Shown in pieces: positions 10,423-19,434 of a DNA stretch of 64,000 nt. Source of the DNA: Limisalsivibrio acetivorans (GTDB lineage Bacteria; Chrysiogenota; Deferribacteres; Deferribacterales; Geovibrionaceae); contig NZ_ATWF01000001.1 in the NCBI RefSeq assembly GCF_000421105.1, positions 404,930-468,929 on the forward strand. Direction: 5' to 3'. The first letter of the stretch is position 1; each line of letters opens with the position of its first letter. The notes beneath the pieces are model-generated. The model did no database searches, was not told the origin of the DNA, and worked only from the letters and a program-made list of their open reading frames with translations. Position numbers and translations under genes: made by a program.

Positions 10423-12216
10423 TTGTATTCTAACCTCGGGGACTGGAGACGTAGCCACCATTGCGGTGAGCTGAACGCTTCCGACATAGGCAAACAGGTT
10501 ACATTAATGGGCTGGGTCCGCAGAAGGCGTGACCACGGCGGAGTTATCTTTGTGGATCTCAGAGACAGGGAAGGGCTTACTCAGGTAGTCATGAGCCCTG
10601 AAATCGATAAGGATGTGCACCAGACGGCGGAGGACATCCGTACGGAATTCGTCATCGCCGTTAAAGGTGAAGTGGACCACAGACCGGAGGGGACGGTTAA
10701 CGAAAACCTACCTACCGGCGAAATAGAAGTTATCGTTAAAGAGATTAAGATCCTTAACCCTTCACTCACACCCCCCTTCGTTCTGGACGAATACGGCAAT
10801 GTGAGCGAGGATGTGAGGCTTAAATACAGATACCTCGATCTCAGAAGGCCCGAGCTTAAGGACAACCTTATTATGAGGCACAATATCGTAAGGGCGTTCA
10901 GAGAGTTCCTTTACAGCAAGGAATTCCTCGATGTTGAGACCCCCTTCCTCACAAAGAGCACACCCGAAGGCGCCAGGGATTATCTCGTGCCCAGCCGTGT
11001 TAACCCCGGCAAGTGCTACGCACTCCCCCAGTCGCCCCAGATGTTCAAACAGCTTCTGATGGTTGCCGGTTTCGACCGCTACTTCCAGATAGTGAAGTGC
11101 TTCCGTGACGAGGATCTCCGTGCGGACAGACAGCCCGAGTTCACCCAGCTCGATATGGAGATGTCCTTCATCGATGCAGATGACCTCATGAAACTCATCG
11201 AAGAGATGTTCATCAACCTTTTCGACAAGGTTGTGGGCGCCAAGCTTGAGAGGGGATTCCCCGTTATGAGCTTCGACGAGGCTATGGAAAAATACGGCCA
11301 CGATGCACCCGACACCCGCTTTGATATGTTCCTCAAAACTATCAACGATACGGTTAAGGACTGCGGTTTCAAAGTTTTCGCAGAGGTTGCCAAGTCCGGC
11401 GGTTCTGTTAAGGCTATCAACGCAAAAGGCGCTGGCGAGAAATTCTCACGTAAGGATATCGATGAGCTCACCACCTTCGTGCAGTCACTCGGTGCCGGCG
11501 GACTTGCATATATCAAGGTGAACGAGGACGGCCTGCAGTCACCCATCGTAAAATTCCTTGGTGATGAAGTTGCAGCAAATATCGTTGAGGAGATGGGTGC
11601 AAAGCCCGGAGATATCATATTCTTCGGTGCGGGGGACACCTCCACAGTGAATCTCTATATGAGTAAGCTCAGGCTCAAGCTCGGTGAGGCTCTCGGGCTT
11701 CTCGACAAGAATAAGTATTCCTTCGTATGGATAGTGGACTTCCCCCTCCTTGAGTACGATGAGAATGAGAAGAGGTATGCCGCAATGCACCACCCCTTCA
11801 CTTCACCCAGAGATGAGGACCTTGAACTTTTCGATACCGATCCCGGTCAGATAAGAGCGAAGGCGTATGACCTTGTTCTCAACGGCTCTGAAATAGGCGG
11901 CGGCTCCATCAGGATCCACCGGAGCGATGTTCAGGATAAAATGTTTAAAGCTCTCGGTTTTACAGAAGAGGAGAAAGAGCGCAAGTTCGGCTTCTTTGTG
12001 GATGCACTCAAATATGGTACTCCTCCCCACGGCGGTATAGCCTTTGGTGTGGACCGTATAGCTACTATCCTCTGCCAGGCGGACTCGATAAGAGACGTTA
12101 TCGCATTCCCCAAAACACAGAGGGCAACCTGCATGATGAGCGATGCTCCCAATGCTGTTGATGAAAAACAGCTAAAGGAACTCTTCATGAAGTTCGATAT
12201 AGTAGAGGATAAATAG
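10423..12216 (+). CDS. aspS: Aspartate--tRNA ligase
   Basis: 597 aa; OB-fold, class II core, GAD insertion, QSPQ and GGGSIRIH motifs. Confidence 0.95.
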   Translation: MYSNLGDWRRSHHCGELNASDIGKQVTLMGWVRRRRDHGGVIFVDLRDREGLTQVVMSPEIDKDVHQTAEDIRTEFVIAVKGEVDHRPEGTVNENLPTGEIEVIVKEIKILNPSLTPPFVLDEYGNVSEDVRLKYRYLDLRRPELKDNLIMRHNIVRAFREFLYSKEFLDVETPFLTKSTPEGARDYLVPSRVNPGKCYALPQSPQMFKQLLMVAGFDRYFQIVKCFRDEDLRADRQPEFTQLDMEMSFIDADDLMKLIEEMFINLFDKVVGAKLERGFPVMSFDEAMEKYGHDAPDTRFDMFLKTINDTVKDCGFKVFAEVAKSGGSVKAINAKGAGEKFSRKDIDELTTFVQSLGAGGLAYIKVNEDGLQSPIVKFLGDEVAANIVEEMGAKPGDIIFFGAGDTSTVNLYMSKLRLKLGEALGLLDKNKYSFVWIVDFPLLEYDENEKRYAAMHHPFTSPRDEDLELFDTDPGQIRAKAYDLVLNGSEIGGGSIRIHRSDVQDKMFKALGFTEEEKERKFGFFVDALKYGTPPHGGIAFGVDRIATILCQADSIRDVIAFPKTQRATCMMSDAPNAVDEKQLKELFMKFDIVEDK

Positions 12217-12314
12217 TTGTCAGGTTTATACAGCTGTTTGACTTGAGAAAACTGTTGTGATAAACTTGAATTGTGTTATGGTTATAAGAAATTAAGGAAT
12301 AGGGAGGAACCGTC

Positions 12315-13157
12315 ATGAGGACCAGCAGACTTATTTTACTCGTAGTTGCTTTCGCCGCTTTTATCGTAGCGGGTTGTTCAAAGCCCCCCGTAGAGGAGCT
12401 TGATCAGGCTCAGGCCGCTATGAAAGCCGCTCAGCAGAGTGGTGCAGAGAAGTGCATGTTCCCTGAATACGTTCAGGCAAAAGCAGCACTTGAGGAAGCT
12501 CAGGCCAAGATGGATCAGGCAGAGCAGGGCGGAAACAAAGGCGAGCTTTATGAAGAGGCGAAAGCAGAGCTTCTTAAAGCTATAGAAGATTTCGAGAAGG
12601 CTAAGGCTAAGGCCGATGCTTATCAGGAAGTAGATAAGAAGGTCAGAGCAGAGCTTGAGGCTCTCAAGCAGAACCTCCTTGCCCACAAAGAAAAGGGCAA
12701 CGAGTATGACCTTAAGTCCTACAACAAAGCCCAAGAGAACTACAAGAAAGCCCAGAAACTCGCTGCAGACTGCGAAGGCGAAAAGGCACTTGCTCTTATC
12801 GATGAGGCCAACATGGCTCTCAAGAACGTTGAGGACGAGTATGCTGAGAAGAGAGCTGAAGAGATTCTCCGCCAGCAGGAAATGTACAGAAAAGAGCAGC
12901 AGGACAAGGCTAAAGAAATGGAGAAGTACACCGTTGTTAAGGGTGACTGCCTCTGGAACATCGCCAAGTCCAAGTACATGAACCCCTTTATGTGGCCTGT
13001 AATCTACTGGGCGAATGAAAGCATAATTAACGATCCCGACCTTATCTTCCCCGGTCAGGTCTTCGATATCATGAAGAACGTTGCTTCCGACAAGAAAGCA
13101 AAGGCGGAAGATTTTGCCAAGAACAGGGGTCCCTGGTCACTCTTCGACGGCAAGTAA
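12315..13157 (+). CDS. LysM peptidoglycan-binding lipoprotein with long K/E-rich coiled coil
   Basis: 280 aa; lipobox VAGCS; C-terminal LysM (YTVVKGDCLWNIA). Confidence 0.75.
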   Translation: MRTSRLILLVVAFAAFIVAGCSKPPVEELDQAQAAMKAAQQSGAEKCMFPEYVQAKAALEEAQAKMDQAEQGGNKGELYEEAKAELLKAIEDFEKAKAKADAYQEVDKKVRAELEALKQNLLAHKEKGNEYDLKSYNKAQENYKKAQKLAADCEGEKALALIDEANMALKNVEDEYAEKRAEEILRQQEMYRKEQQDKAKEMEKYTVVKGDCLWNIAKSKYMNPFMWPVIYWANESIINDPDLIFPGQVFDIMKNVASDKKAKAEDFAKNRGPWSLFDGK

Positions 13158-13188
13158 TATAAAAGAAGTAACTTTAGAGATATAATAA

Positions 13189-13220
13189 AGGGCGGCTCTT
13201 TGGGGTCGCCCTTTTTTTGC
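13189..13220 (+). terminator. Rho-independent terminator
   Basis: gggcggctctttggggtcgccc followed by T7. Confidence 0.6.
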
Positions 13221-13233
13221 GTCTTTACTATAT

Positions 13234-13975
13234 TTATGGAATCTTCATCCTTGGAAATTCCATAAATTAAATCAGACCTGGCAAATTCTCAGGATGATGA
13301 ATTTCCCAGATTATAAGGATGGTAAATTCCATAGATAACATTGATACGTAACTGGCTTCCATGGATGGAAGCCTCTGAAGTGAAGAATATTGAGCTACGC
13401 TTCATATTCTGTAACGGAAGTAAGCGGAGCGAAGGCTTTGCCGAGCGTAGCGGAAATGGAATTTCCATGGATGGAAGCCCTGAAGTGAAGAATATTGAGC
13501 TACGCTTCATATTCTGTAACGGAAGTAAGCGGAGCAAAGGCTTTGCCGAGCGTAGCGGGAATGGAATTTCCATGGATGGTAAATTCCATAGATAACATTG
13601 ATACGCAACTGGTTTCCATGGATGGAAGCCTCTGAAGTGAAGAATATGGAGCTACGCTTCATATTCTGTAACGGAAGTAATCGGAGCGAAGGCTTTGCCG
13701 AGCGTAGCGGCAATGGAATTTCCATGGATGGTAAATTCCATAAATAAATTAAGGGGAAATTTTTAGGGAAAACTTTCCCCTTAGGATCCCCTTAAAAACC
13801 CATCTTAAAGATAATGATAAAAGTTTAAGTGAATAAAGCCAATATGGATGTTGGCTCTGAAGGCGAAAGGAAGAACAGCTTTGCTAGTCTGACAATGCCG
13901 GAAGTAATCGGAGCGAAGGCTTTGCCGAGTGTAGCGGCAATGGAATTTCCATGGATGGTAAATTCCATAGATTAA
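13234..13975. repeat. Repeat cluster R1: three 105-bp tandem units interleaved with 46-bp linker modules, plus downstream hairpin modules
   Basis: Units at 13364-13468, 13469-13573 and 13620-13724 are about 97% identical; linkers ggatggtaaattccatagataacattgatacg occur at 13317 and 13574. Confidence 0.85.
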
Positions 13976-13984
13976 ATAGATTAA

Positions 13985-14168
13985 AAAGAAAAACCCCTGT
14001 TCGACTAACGGCCTATATACTTAGGGCCTCGCCAAACAGGGGTGTAACGATGAGGTCGTAATTGGAGCACCTCCCTGTAACATCGCTCTGCTGCTTTTGC
14101 CGGCTTATCTGTTATTCTCTGGCCTAGGGATTTATCGCTCCCGTGCGTTCCGGCTATTCGTCAGCTTC
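13985..14168 (-). ncRNA. Candidate small non-coding RNA (about 185 nt) with its own promoter and intrinsic terminator; class unknown
   Basis: GC-rich structured segment in an otherwise AT-rich gap; minus-strand -35 TTGCGC / -10 TATATT at about 14206-14180; terminator hairpin cccctgtt...aacagggg (13994-14042) followed by U-tract on the minus strand; no ORF. Confidence 0.3.
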
Positions 14169-14390
14169 TATATAACTAAATATATACGGCGGACGGATCT
14201 GCGCAAGGGTTTTTAAACGGTGTTCGATAATTTATTAATAATTGATATGTATGAACTTATGTATATTTCTATAAAACTTAGAAACTGCATATTCGTGTGA
14301 GTAGAAACAAAAAGGTAAGGCATTTTCAATTGCCTATACCTTGCTCATAATATATTATCCTGATTGACTATTTAATAAAATGGAGAATGC

Positions 14391-14852
14391 ATGTCTGATA
14401 ATATCGTTATACGCCACGCTGTAAAGGATGATGTAGAGGGTATGCTCAGGGTTCTTGAAGAACTTTTCGGCATTGAGGAAGACTTCCATTTCGACCATGA
14501 AAAGCAGAGAAAGGGGCTTAATATACTCCTTGATAACCCCGAGAGATGCTGTGTTATGGTCGCTGACAAGGATGGGGAGATTGCTGGTATGTGTCAGGCA
14601 CAAACGCTTATCTCCACAGCTGAGGGTGACTATGTCGCCTATATCGAGGATATGGTAATCCATGAGTCATACCGCAGGCACGGGCTCGGTAAAAGGCTAC
14701 TTAGCGGTGTTGAGGAATGGTGTCGAAAGAATGGATTAAAGCGTATTCAGCTGTTGGCAGACCTCAGCAATGAGCCCGCACTTAACTTCTATAAAAAGAA
14801 TAATTGGGCTCAAACAAACCTTATCTGCTTTAGAAGGATGGATTACCCCTAA
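14391..14852 (+). CDS. GNAT family N-acetyltransferase
   Basis: 153 aa, RRHGLGKRLL acetyl-CoA binding motif. Confidence 0.8.
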   Translation: MSDNIVIRHAVKDDVEGMLRVLEELFGIEEDFHFDHEKQRKGLNILLDNPERCCVMVADKDGEIAGMCQAQTLISTAEGDYVAYIEDMVIHESYRRHGLGKRLLSGVEEWCRKNGLKRIQLLADLSNEPALNFYKKNNWAQTNLICFRRMDYP

Positions 14853-15427
14853 AACTCGCCGACTATGATGTCGTCAATGCAACGTTTAGGAACGTAGTGA
14901 ACCTCGTCCTCATCTCTGTAGTACTTGTGGTCCGGCGTTTCACGCATACTGACAACCCGCACATCCTCAACGGGATAGCCAAGGGCGATGACATAGAGAA
15001 TCTGTAGATTCTCAGGTACTTGCAGAACCTTATTGAGTTGTTCCCTTTTAATGTTGCCTATCATACATGAGCCAACACCGCAGGCCATAGCGCTAAGTGT
15101 TATGTTCTGCATCGCAAGCCCGGCATCCACCTGGGAAAATTTACTCTCTTTCTCTGCCAGAACAACAATATATGCAACGGGCTGTTCTTTTTCCGAGGGT
15201 CCATCCCAGTCTTTGAGGTAGCCCGCCCATGCGAGTGTGGGGAATACTCTGGATGCAATATCCTCATCTGCAACGGTAATATATCGAAGTGGTTGGAGGT
15301 TTGCCGCACTCTGGCTCATCCTTGCGGAATAGAGGATATCCTGCAGAAAACCAATATCAAGCTTTTTTGAATGGTCGAACTTTCTGTACGAACGGTTTTT
15401 GCGGATAATTTCCTTAAGATTTTCCAT
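14849..15427 (-). CDS. Nitroreductase family protein
   Basis: 192 aa, nitroreductase fold signature (RSYRKF, GN..REQL). Confidence 0.8.
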   Translation of the reverse strand: MENLKEIIRKNRSYRKFDHSKKLDIGFLQDILYSARMSQSAANLQPLRYITVADEDIASRVFPTLAWAGYLKDWDGPSEKEQPVAYIVVLAEKESKFSQVDAGLAMQNITLSAMACGVGSCMIGNIKREQLNKVLQVPENLQILYVIALGYPVEDVRVVSMRETPDHKYYRDEDEVHYVPKRCIDDIIVGEF

Positions 15428-15539
15428 GAATACCCCCTGTTTCTATCGGATATATATTACAACAGCTCCTGCGCATGTCAAGGTTTTGCGGGTAGTATAA
15501 AAAAAAGAGTGTATAATAGGGTTAAAATAGGGGGTAAAT

Positions 15540-15968
15540 ATGCGTAAATATCTGTTTATTATACTCTTAATCACTGCTCTCCCACTTAGTGCCGCTGTTA
15601 AGCATGGGGGTGAGAAAGGGGTTGTTGACACGGACTACTTCCGCAGTATTATCGGAAATACTCCAGATGGTGTTCATCTTGTCGATGTACGCTCCGAATC
15701 TGAGTTCGATACATGGCATGTTCCCGGTGCTATGCAGATCAATGTTTATGTCCTTTACGACGGTAGCTGTGAGGAGTTTCTTTCTAAGCTCCCTGCCGAT
15801 GGAGAGGTTATATTTTATTGCACATCGGGCGGGCAGGCGGCGGATGCCTATTACGGGCTCCTTGATACCTGCGGACTATCCGAAGAGAAGATGAAGAGGT
15901 TCTATTTCCTGGATGCACTGCTGGATTGCAGCGGCGAGAAGTGTACGGTTAAAGATATCGAATACTAA
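15540..15968 (+). CDS. Secreted rhodanese-domain (sulfurtransferase) protein
   Basis: 142 aa; signal peptide; active-site CTSGGQ loop. Confidence 0.75.
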   Translation: MRKYLFIILLITALPLSAAVKHGGEKGVVDTDYFRSIIGNTPDGVHLVDVRSESEFDTWHVPGAMQINVYVLYDGSCEEFLSKLPADGEVIFYCTSGGQAADAYYGLLDTCGLSEEKMKRFYFLDALLDCSGEKCTVKDIEY

Positions 15969-15978
15969 TCAAAAAAAC

Positions 15979-16003
15979 GCAGTGTGCCGCAAGGTACACT
16001 GCG
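15979..16003. terminator. Bidirectional intrinsic terminator (strong T-tract on minus strand)
   Basis: gcagtgt gccgcaaggt acactgc preceded by A7. Confidence 0.6.
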
Positions 16004-16011
16004 CTGTTTCC

Positions 16012-16686
16012 TCAGGAGTTCTTTTCGTCGAATCTAAATTCCAGTTTGACATCAAGGGCATCCTCTCCACCCTTGAGTGCTGCTGCATATCCCTGAACGG
16101 TCTTTGCCAGTGAAAAGGATACGAACCGGTTAAGGTCGATGTCCTTTCCGTTTATAAGCATCCTTATGGCGGGGGGCTCTTTTTCATCGTTCAGTTTGCA
16201 TTCACTCTGAAGGAAGTCCGCCACCTCTTCGGGATTGTTTACATCGAGATATCTGGGCGCACCCTGAATCTCAGGAGCATCCGGTTTATCGGTGGCAACG
16301 GCCATAAGCGTCTCCTGACCTATGCATACGGGATCCTTACCGTTACCGGGACGGTAAACCTCTATCTTGGGCTTGTCCGATGTTTTGTATCCTTCGGTAA
16401 TTATTATATCGCTGTCTATGGGGGCCATATGGACAAGTGTGTCGAGTGTGGGTTCACCATCGCAGACCATGGCATGCTTGCCGGGCCCGGCGATGATAAC
16501 CGCCGCCGCACCAGCCTGCTTATGGCGATGGCTGTCCTTCCCCTCTTTATCGATATCGAAGCCGTGGGCATCATGCTTTATTACGCTCACCTTGAGCCCT
16601 CTGTCCGTAAGTATCCTTACAACCTGTTCCAATAGCGTGGTTTTCCCGCTTCCGCTGTATCCTGCAAATGTAACAACCGGTATCAT
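16012..16686 (-). CDS. mobB: Molybdopterin-guanine dinucleotide biosynthesis protein B-like P-loop GTPase with about 60-aa C-terminal extension
   Basis: GYSGSGKTTL Walker A; MobB fold over about 160 aa; extra C-terminal segment. Confidence 0.7.
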   Translation of the reverse strand: MIPVVTFAGYSGSGKTTLLEQVVRILTDRGLKVSVIKHDAHGFDIDKEGKDSHRHKQAGAAAVIIAGPGKHAMVCDGEPTLDTLVHMAPIDSDIIITEGYKTSDKPKIEVYRPGNGKDPVCIGQETLMAVATDKPDAPEIQGAPRYLDVNNPEEVADFLQSECKLNDEKEPPAIRMLINGKDIDLNRFVSFSLAKTVQGYAAALKGGEDALDVKLEFRFDEKNS

Positions 16687-17459
16687 ATCATCCCTCTGTA
16701 GTATCTTTCATATATCCTTTTCAGGATATTTCTGTCACCCTTGATGGAGATAACCTCCATACGGGCGCTTCCTATTGTGAATCCAATATCCATACGCATG
16801 AGGATATGGGTACTCTTATCGATCCAGAAGTGCCATGTCCCCTTTGGCTGGAGCTTTTTGTCCGTTTCGTAGTCGGGTTTGAAGCGAACCTTTTCGCAGT
16901 CGAAGGTTTCCTTTCCCAGAAAGACGGTTCCCTCTCCATCAAGCCTGTAGGGGAGGATTATAGGCTTGCTGTCCAGAAACAGCTTCACTATCTGCTGCTC
17001 CTCGGAACGGTTGAATATGAGGGAGAGCGTTGCTCCGTAAGGGTCGAGAAAGCCTTTCTTTCCGAAGAAGTTCTTCTTAATGCTTTTCAGCTTCCCTGTT
17101 TCGGTGTGTCTTTTCTGTATCACGTAGTCTATTCCCTTATCAAGGAATTTGTAGCTGTGGGAATAGCTGTACTTATCATTCTCGCTTAGCAGATCCATCT
17201 TTACGGTACGAACCGGATATACCTCAATGAGAGCCTTGCCCACCTCACGGAATGGAACGATCTTTGAGATTGGCGGAACTGTGTATGTTGTGCTCGATGC
17301 CTCAAGCTTGCCGTCCTCTAGTTGACGATACTGAATACACGATTCGCCGAGTTTGAAGAACAGGCTTATCTCGTAGCATACCTCCAGGTCCGAAGCTTTT
17401 GCATTGAGTGGGTTGAGCATTATACCGAGTAGAATTAACAGAAGGAGCCTTTTTCTCAT
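16683..17459 (-). CDS. Secreted/lipoprotein of unknown function (possible LolA-like fold), co-transcribed with mobB-like gene
   Basis: 258 aa, N-terminal signal peptide; 4-bp overlap with mobB-like start. Confidence 0.5.
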   Translation of the reverse strand: MRKRLLLLILLGIMLNPLNAKASDLEVCYEISLFFKLGESCIQYRQLEDGKLEASSTTYTVPPISKIVPFREVGKALIEVYPVRTVKMDLLSENDKYSYSHSYKFLDKGIDYVIQKRHTETGKLKSIKKNFFGKKGFLDPYGATLSLIFNRSEEQQIVKLFLDSKPIILPYRLDGEGTVFLGKETFDCEKVRFKPDYETDKKLQPKGTWHFWIDKSTHILMRMDIGFTIGSARMEVISIKGDRNILKRIYERYYRGMI

Positions 17460-17583
17460 AGCGCCAATATAATACTTTTCTCCGCATATTTCCCGTAATA
17501 TTTCACATTAAACCCCGCCGCCATAATATTTGACATAGACGGGGATTTACATTAATACATCTGAGGCTTAAGTAGGAGATGCG

Positions 17584-19434
17584 ATGATAACTGCAGAGAA
17601 CCTCTCCAAGGGGTATGGAGCGAGAACACTTTTTGATGAGGCCTCATTCAGGATTAACCCCGGTGAGAAGGTCGGCCTTGTGGGGCGAAACGGCCACGGC
17701 AAGACTACCCTTGTGCGAATAATCACTGGCGAAGAAACGCCGGATGACGGCGGTATTACATTCCCCAAGCGCTACAGTGTCGGCTACCTCAAACAGCACC
17801 TCGATTTTACAGCACCCACCGTGCTGGAGGAAGGGGCGAGGGGATTGAAAGAGGATGACAAGCTCGATGTTTGGAAGGTGGAGAAAATACTCTCCGGTCT
17901 CGGGTTCAGCGAAGAGGATATGCAGAGACACCCCTCATACTTCTCCGGCGGTTATCAGGTACGTCTCAACCTTGCTAAGGTTCTTGTCTCCGAGCCTAAT
18001 ATGCTCCTTCTCGATGAACCTACCAACTACCTTGATATTACATCGATCCGCTGGCTTGAGGGATTTTTGAACGACTGGAAGGGTGAGCTTATTCTCATAA
18101 CCCACGACAGGGGCTTCATGGACAGGGTCATAACCCATACCCTCGGTATTCATAGAAACAAGATCCGCAAGATAGAGGGGGACACCGGAAAGCTTTACGA
18201 ACAGCTCGCCAAAGAGGAGGAGATCTACGAGAAAACCCGCCTCAATGAGGAGCAGAAACGCAAGGATATGGAGCGTTTCATTACCCGCTTCCGCGCGAAG
18301 GCGAGGCTTGCAAACCTTGTTCAGTCACGTGTTAAGGCGCTGAACCGGATGGAGAAAAAGGAAAAGCTGGATGAGATAAAGGAGCTGGACTTCTCCTTCA
18401 GATACAAGGACTACAAGGGTAAAGAGGCTCTCTCGGCAAAGAATATTACCTTCGGATACAAACCGGATGAGCCGCTCATCAAGGATTTCAGCATAACGAT
18501 AGGCAACGGTGAGCGTGTCGGGATAATCGGAAAGAATGGTAAGGGTAAGACAACACTTCTTAAGATACTCGCAGGAGTCCTGAACCCCGATTCAGGCGAA
18601 GTCCTGTACAATAACGGTATAGAAAAGGGCTTCTACGAGCAGACAAACGTAAAGAGCCTTGATGAGCGAAAGAGCATCGAGGAGGAGCTGATGGATTCCC
18701 ATACCGATGTCGAGCGTCAGCTTGCACGCGATATCGCAGGTACGATGATGTTCGAAGGGGAGGAGGCGCTCAAGAAGATCGGCGTTCTATCAGGCGGGGA
18801 GAAGAGCCGTGTTATGCTCGGCAAGCTCCTTGCAACCCCTTTGAATTTCCTGCTCCTGGATGAGCCAACAAACCATCTCGATATGCAGTCCTCCGACTCC
18901 CTCCTTGAGGCGCTGGATGCTTTCAGGGGGACAATGCTTCTGATTACCCACAATGAGATGTTCCTCCATGCCCTGGTTGACAGGCTTATAGTCTTCAAAA
19001 ACGGAGAAGTAACAGTTTTCGAAGGAACATATTCCGATTTCCTCGAGAAAGAGGGGTGGGGTGATGAGGATGACGAGCCGGCAAAGGAGACAAAGCCCAC
19101 AGGCTCCGACGGCAAGCTTACCAAAAAGGAACTGCGCAGGAGGCGTTCTGAGGTTATCACAGAGCGCAACAATGTCCTTAAGCCTCTGCAAAAGAGTGTT
19201 GAAGAGCTTGAGAGCAGGATTTCCGCCCTTGAAAACGATGTGGAGAGGATAAACGCCGAGATGATAGAGGCCTCCGAGAAGGGGGAGGGTGAGCGTATTG
19301 GTGAACTCTCCAAGGCGCTTAACAGCACCGAAGCGGAGATAGAGGAGTTGTTTGATACCCTCGCCGAGGATACGGAGCGGCTTGAGACACTTTCGGAGGA
19401 GTACGAGGCCAGGCTGGCTGAGCTTGGTGATTAG
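17584..19434 (+). CDS. ABC-F family ATPase (two ABC domains, C-terminal coiled coil)
   Basis: 616 aa; two Walker A (GRNGHGKTT, GKNGKGKTT) and two LSGG signatures; no TMD. Confidence 0.85.
   Translation: MITAENLSKGYGARTLFDEASFRINPGEKVGLVGRNGHGKTTLVRIITGEETPDDGGITFPKRYSVGYLKQHLDFTAPTVLEEGARGLKEDDKLDVWKVEKILSGLGFSEEDMQRHPSYFSGGYQVRLNLAKVLVSEPNMLLLDEPTNYLDITSIRWLEGFLNDWKGELILITHDRGFMDRVITHTLGIHRNKIRKIEGDTGKLYEQLAKEEEIYEKTRLNEEQKRKDMERFITRFRAKARLANLVQSRVKALNRMEKKEKLDEIKELDFSFRYKDYKGKEALSAKNITFGYKPDEPLIKDFSITIGNGERVGIIGKNGKGKTTLLKILAGVLNPDSGEVLYNNGIEKGFYEQTNVKSLDERKSIEEELMDSHTDVERQLARDIAGTMMFEGEEALKKIGVLSGGEKSRVMLGKLLATPLNFLLLDEPTNHLDMQSSDSLLEALDAFRGTMLLITHNEMFLHALVDRLIVFKNGEVTVFEGTYSDFLEKEGWGDEDDEPAKETKPTGSDGKLTKKELRRRRSEVITERNNVLKPLQKSVEELESRISALENDVERINAEMIEASEKGEGERIGELSKALNSTEAEIEELFDTLAEDTERLETLSEEYEARLAELGD

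Noticed and set aside
13364-13724. CRISPR array interpretation of the 105-bp, 224-bp (39302-39985) and 130-bp (42973-43230) tandem repeats
   Set aside because: Units are near-identical along their whole length with no unique spacer segments. There are no cas genes in the window. Repeat lengths and internal multi-hairpin structure do not fit CRISPR repeats.
13289-13725. Overlapping small ORFs inside repeat arrays (13289..13573, 13341..13595, 13507..13725, 39338..39697, 39678..39983, 42823..43167, 57154..57345)
   Set aside because: They are generated by the tandem DNA repeats in multiple frames and strands. The diverged copy shows no synonymous bias. They have no RBS context.
13985-14210. RNase P RNA, SRP RNA, tmRNA or 6S identity for the candidate sRNA
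   Set aside because: Superficial matches (GAAGCUGAC at the 5' end, GCCGGCUUAUC-like segment) exist. The defining motifs are absent: GGAAAGUCCGG/P4 pairing, SRP domain IV GGAAGCAGCCAAGG, tmRNA tag ORF and TψC-like end. Its length also fits none of them.
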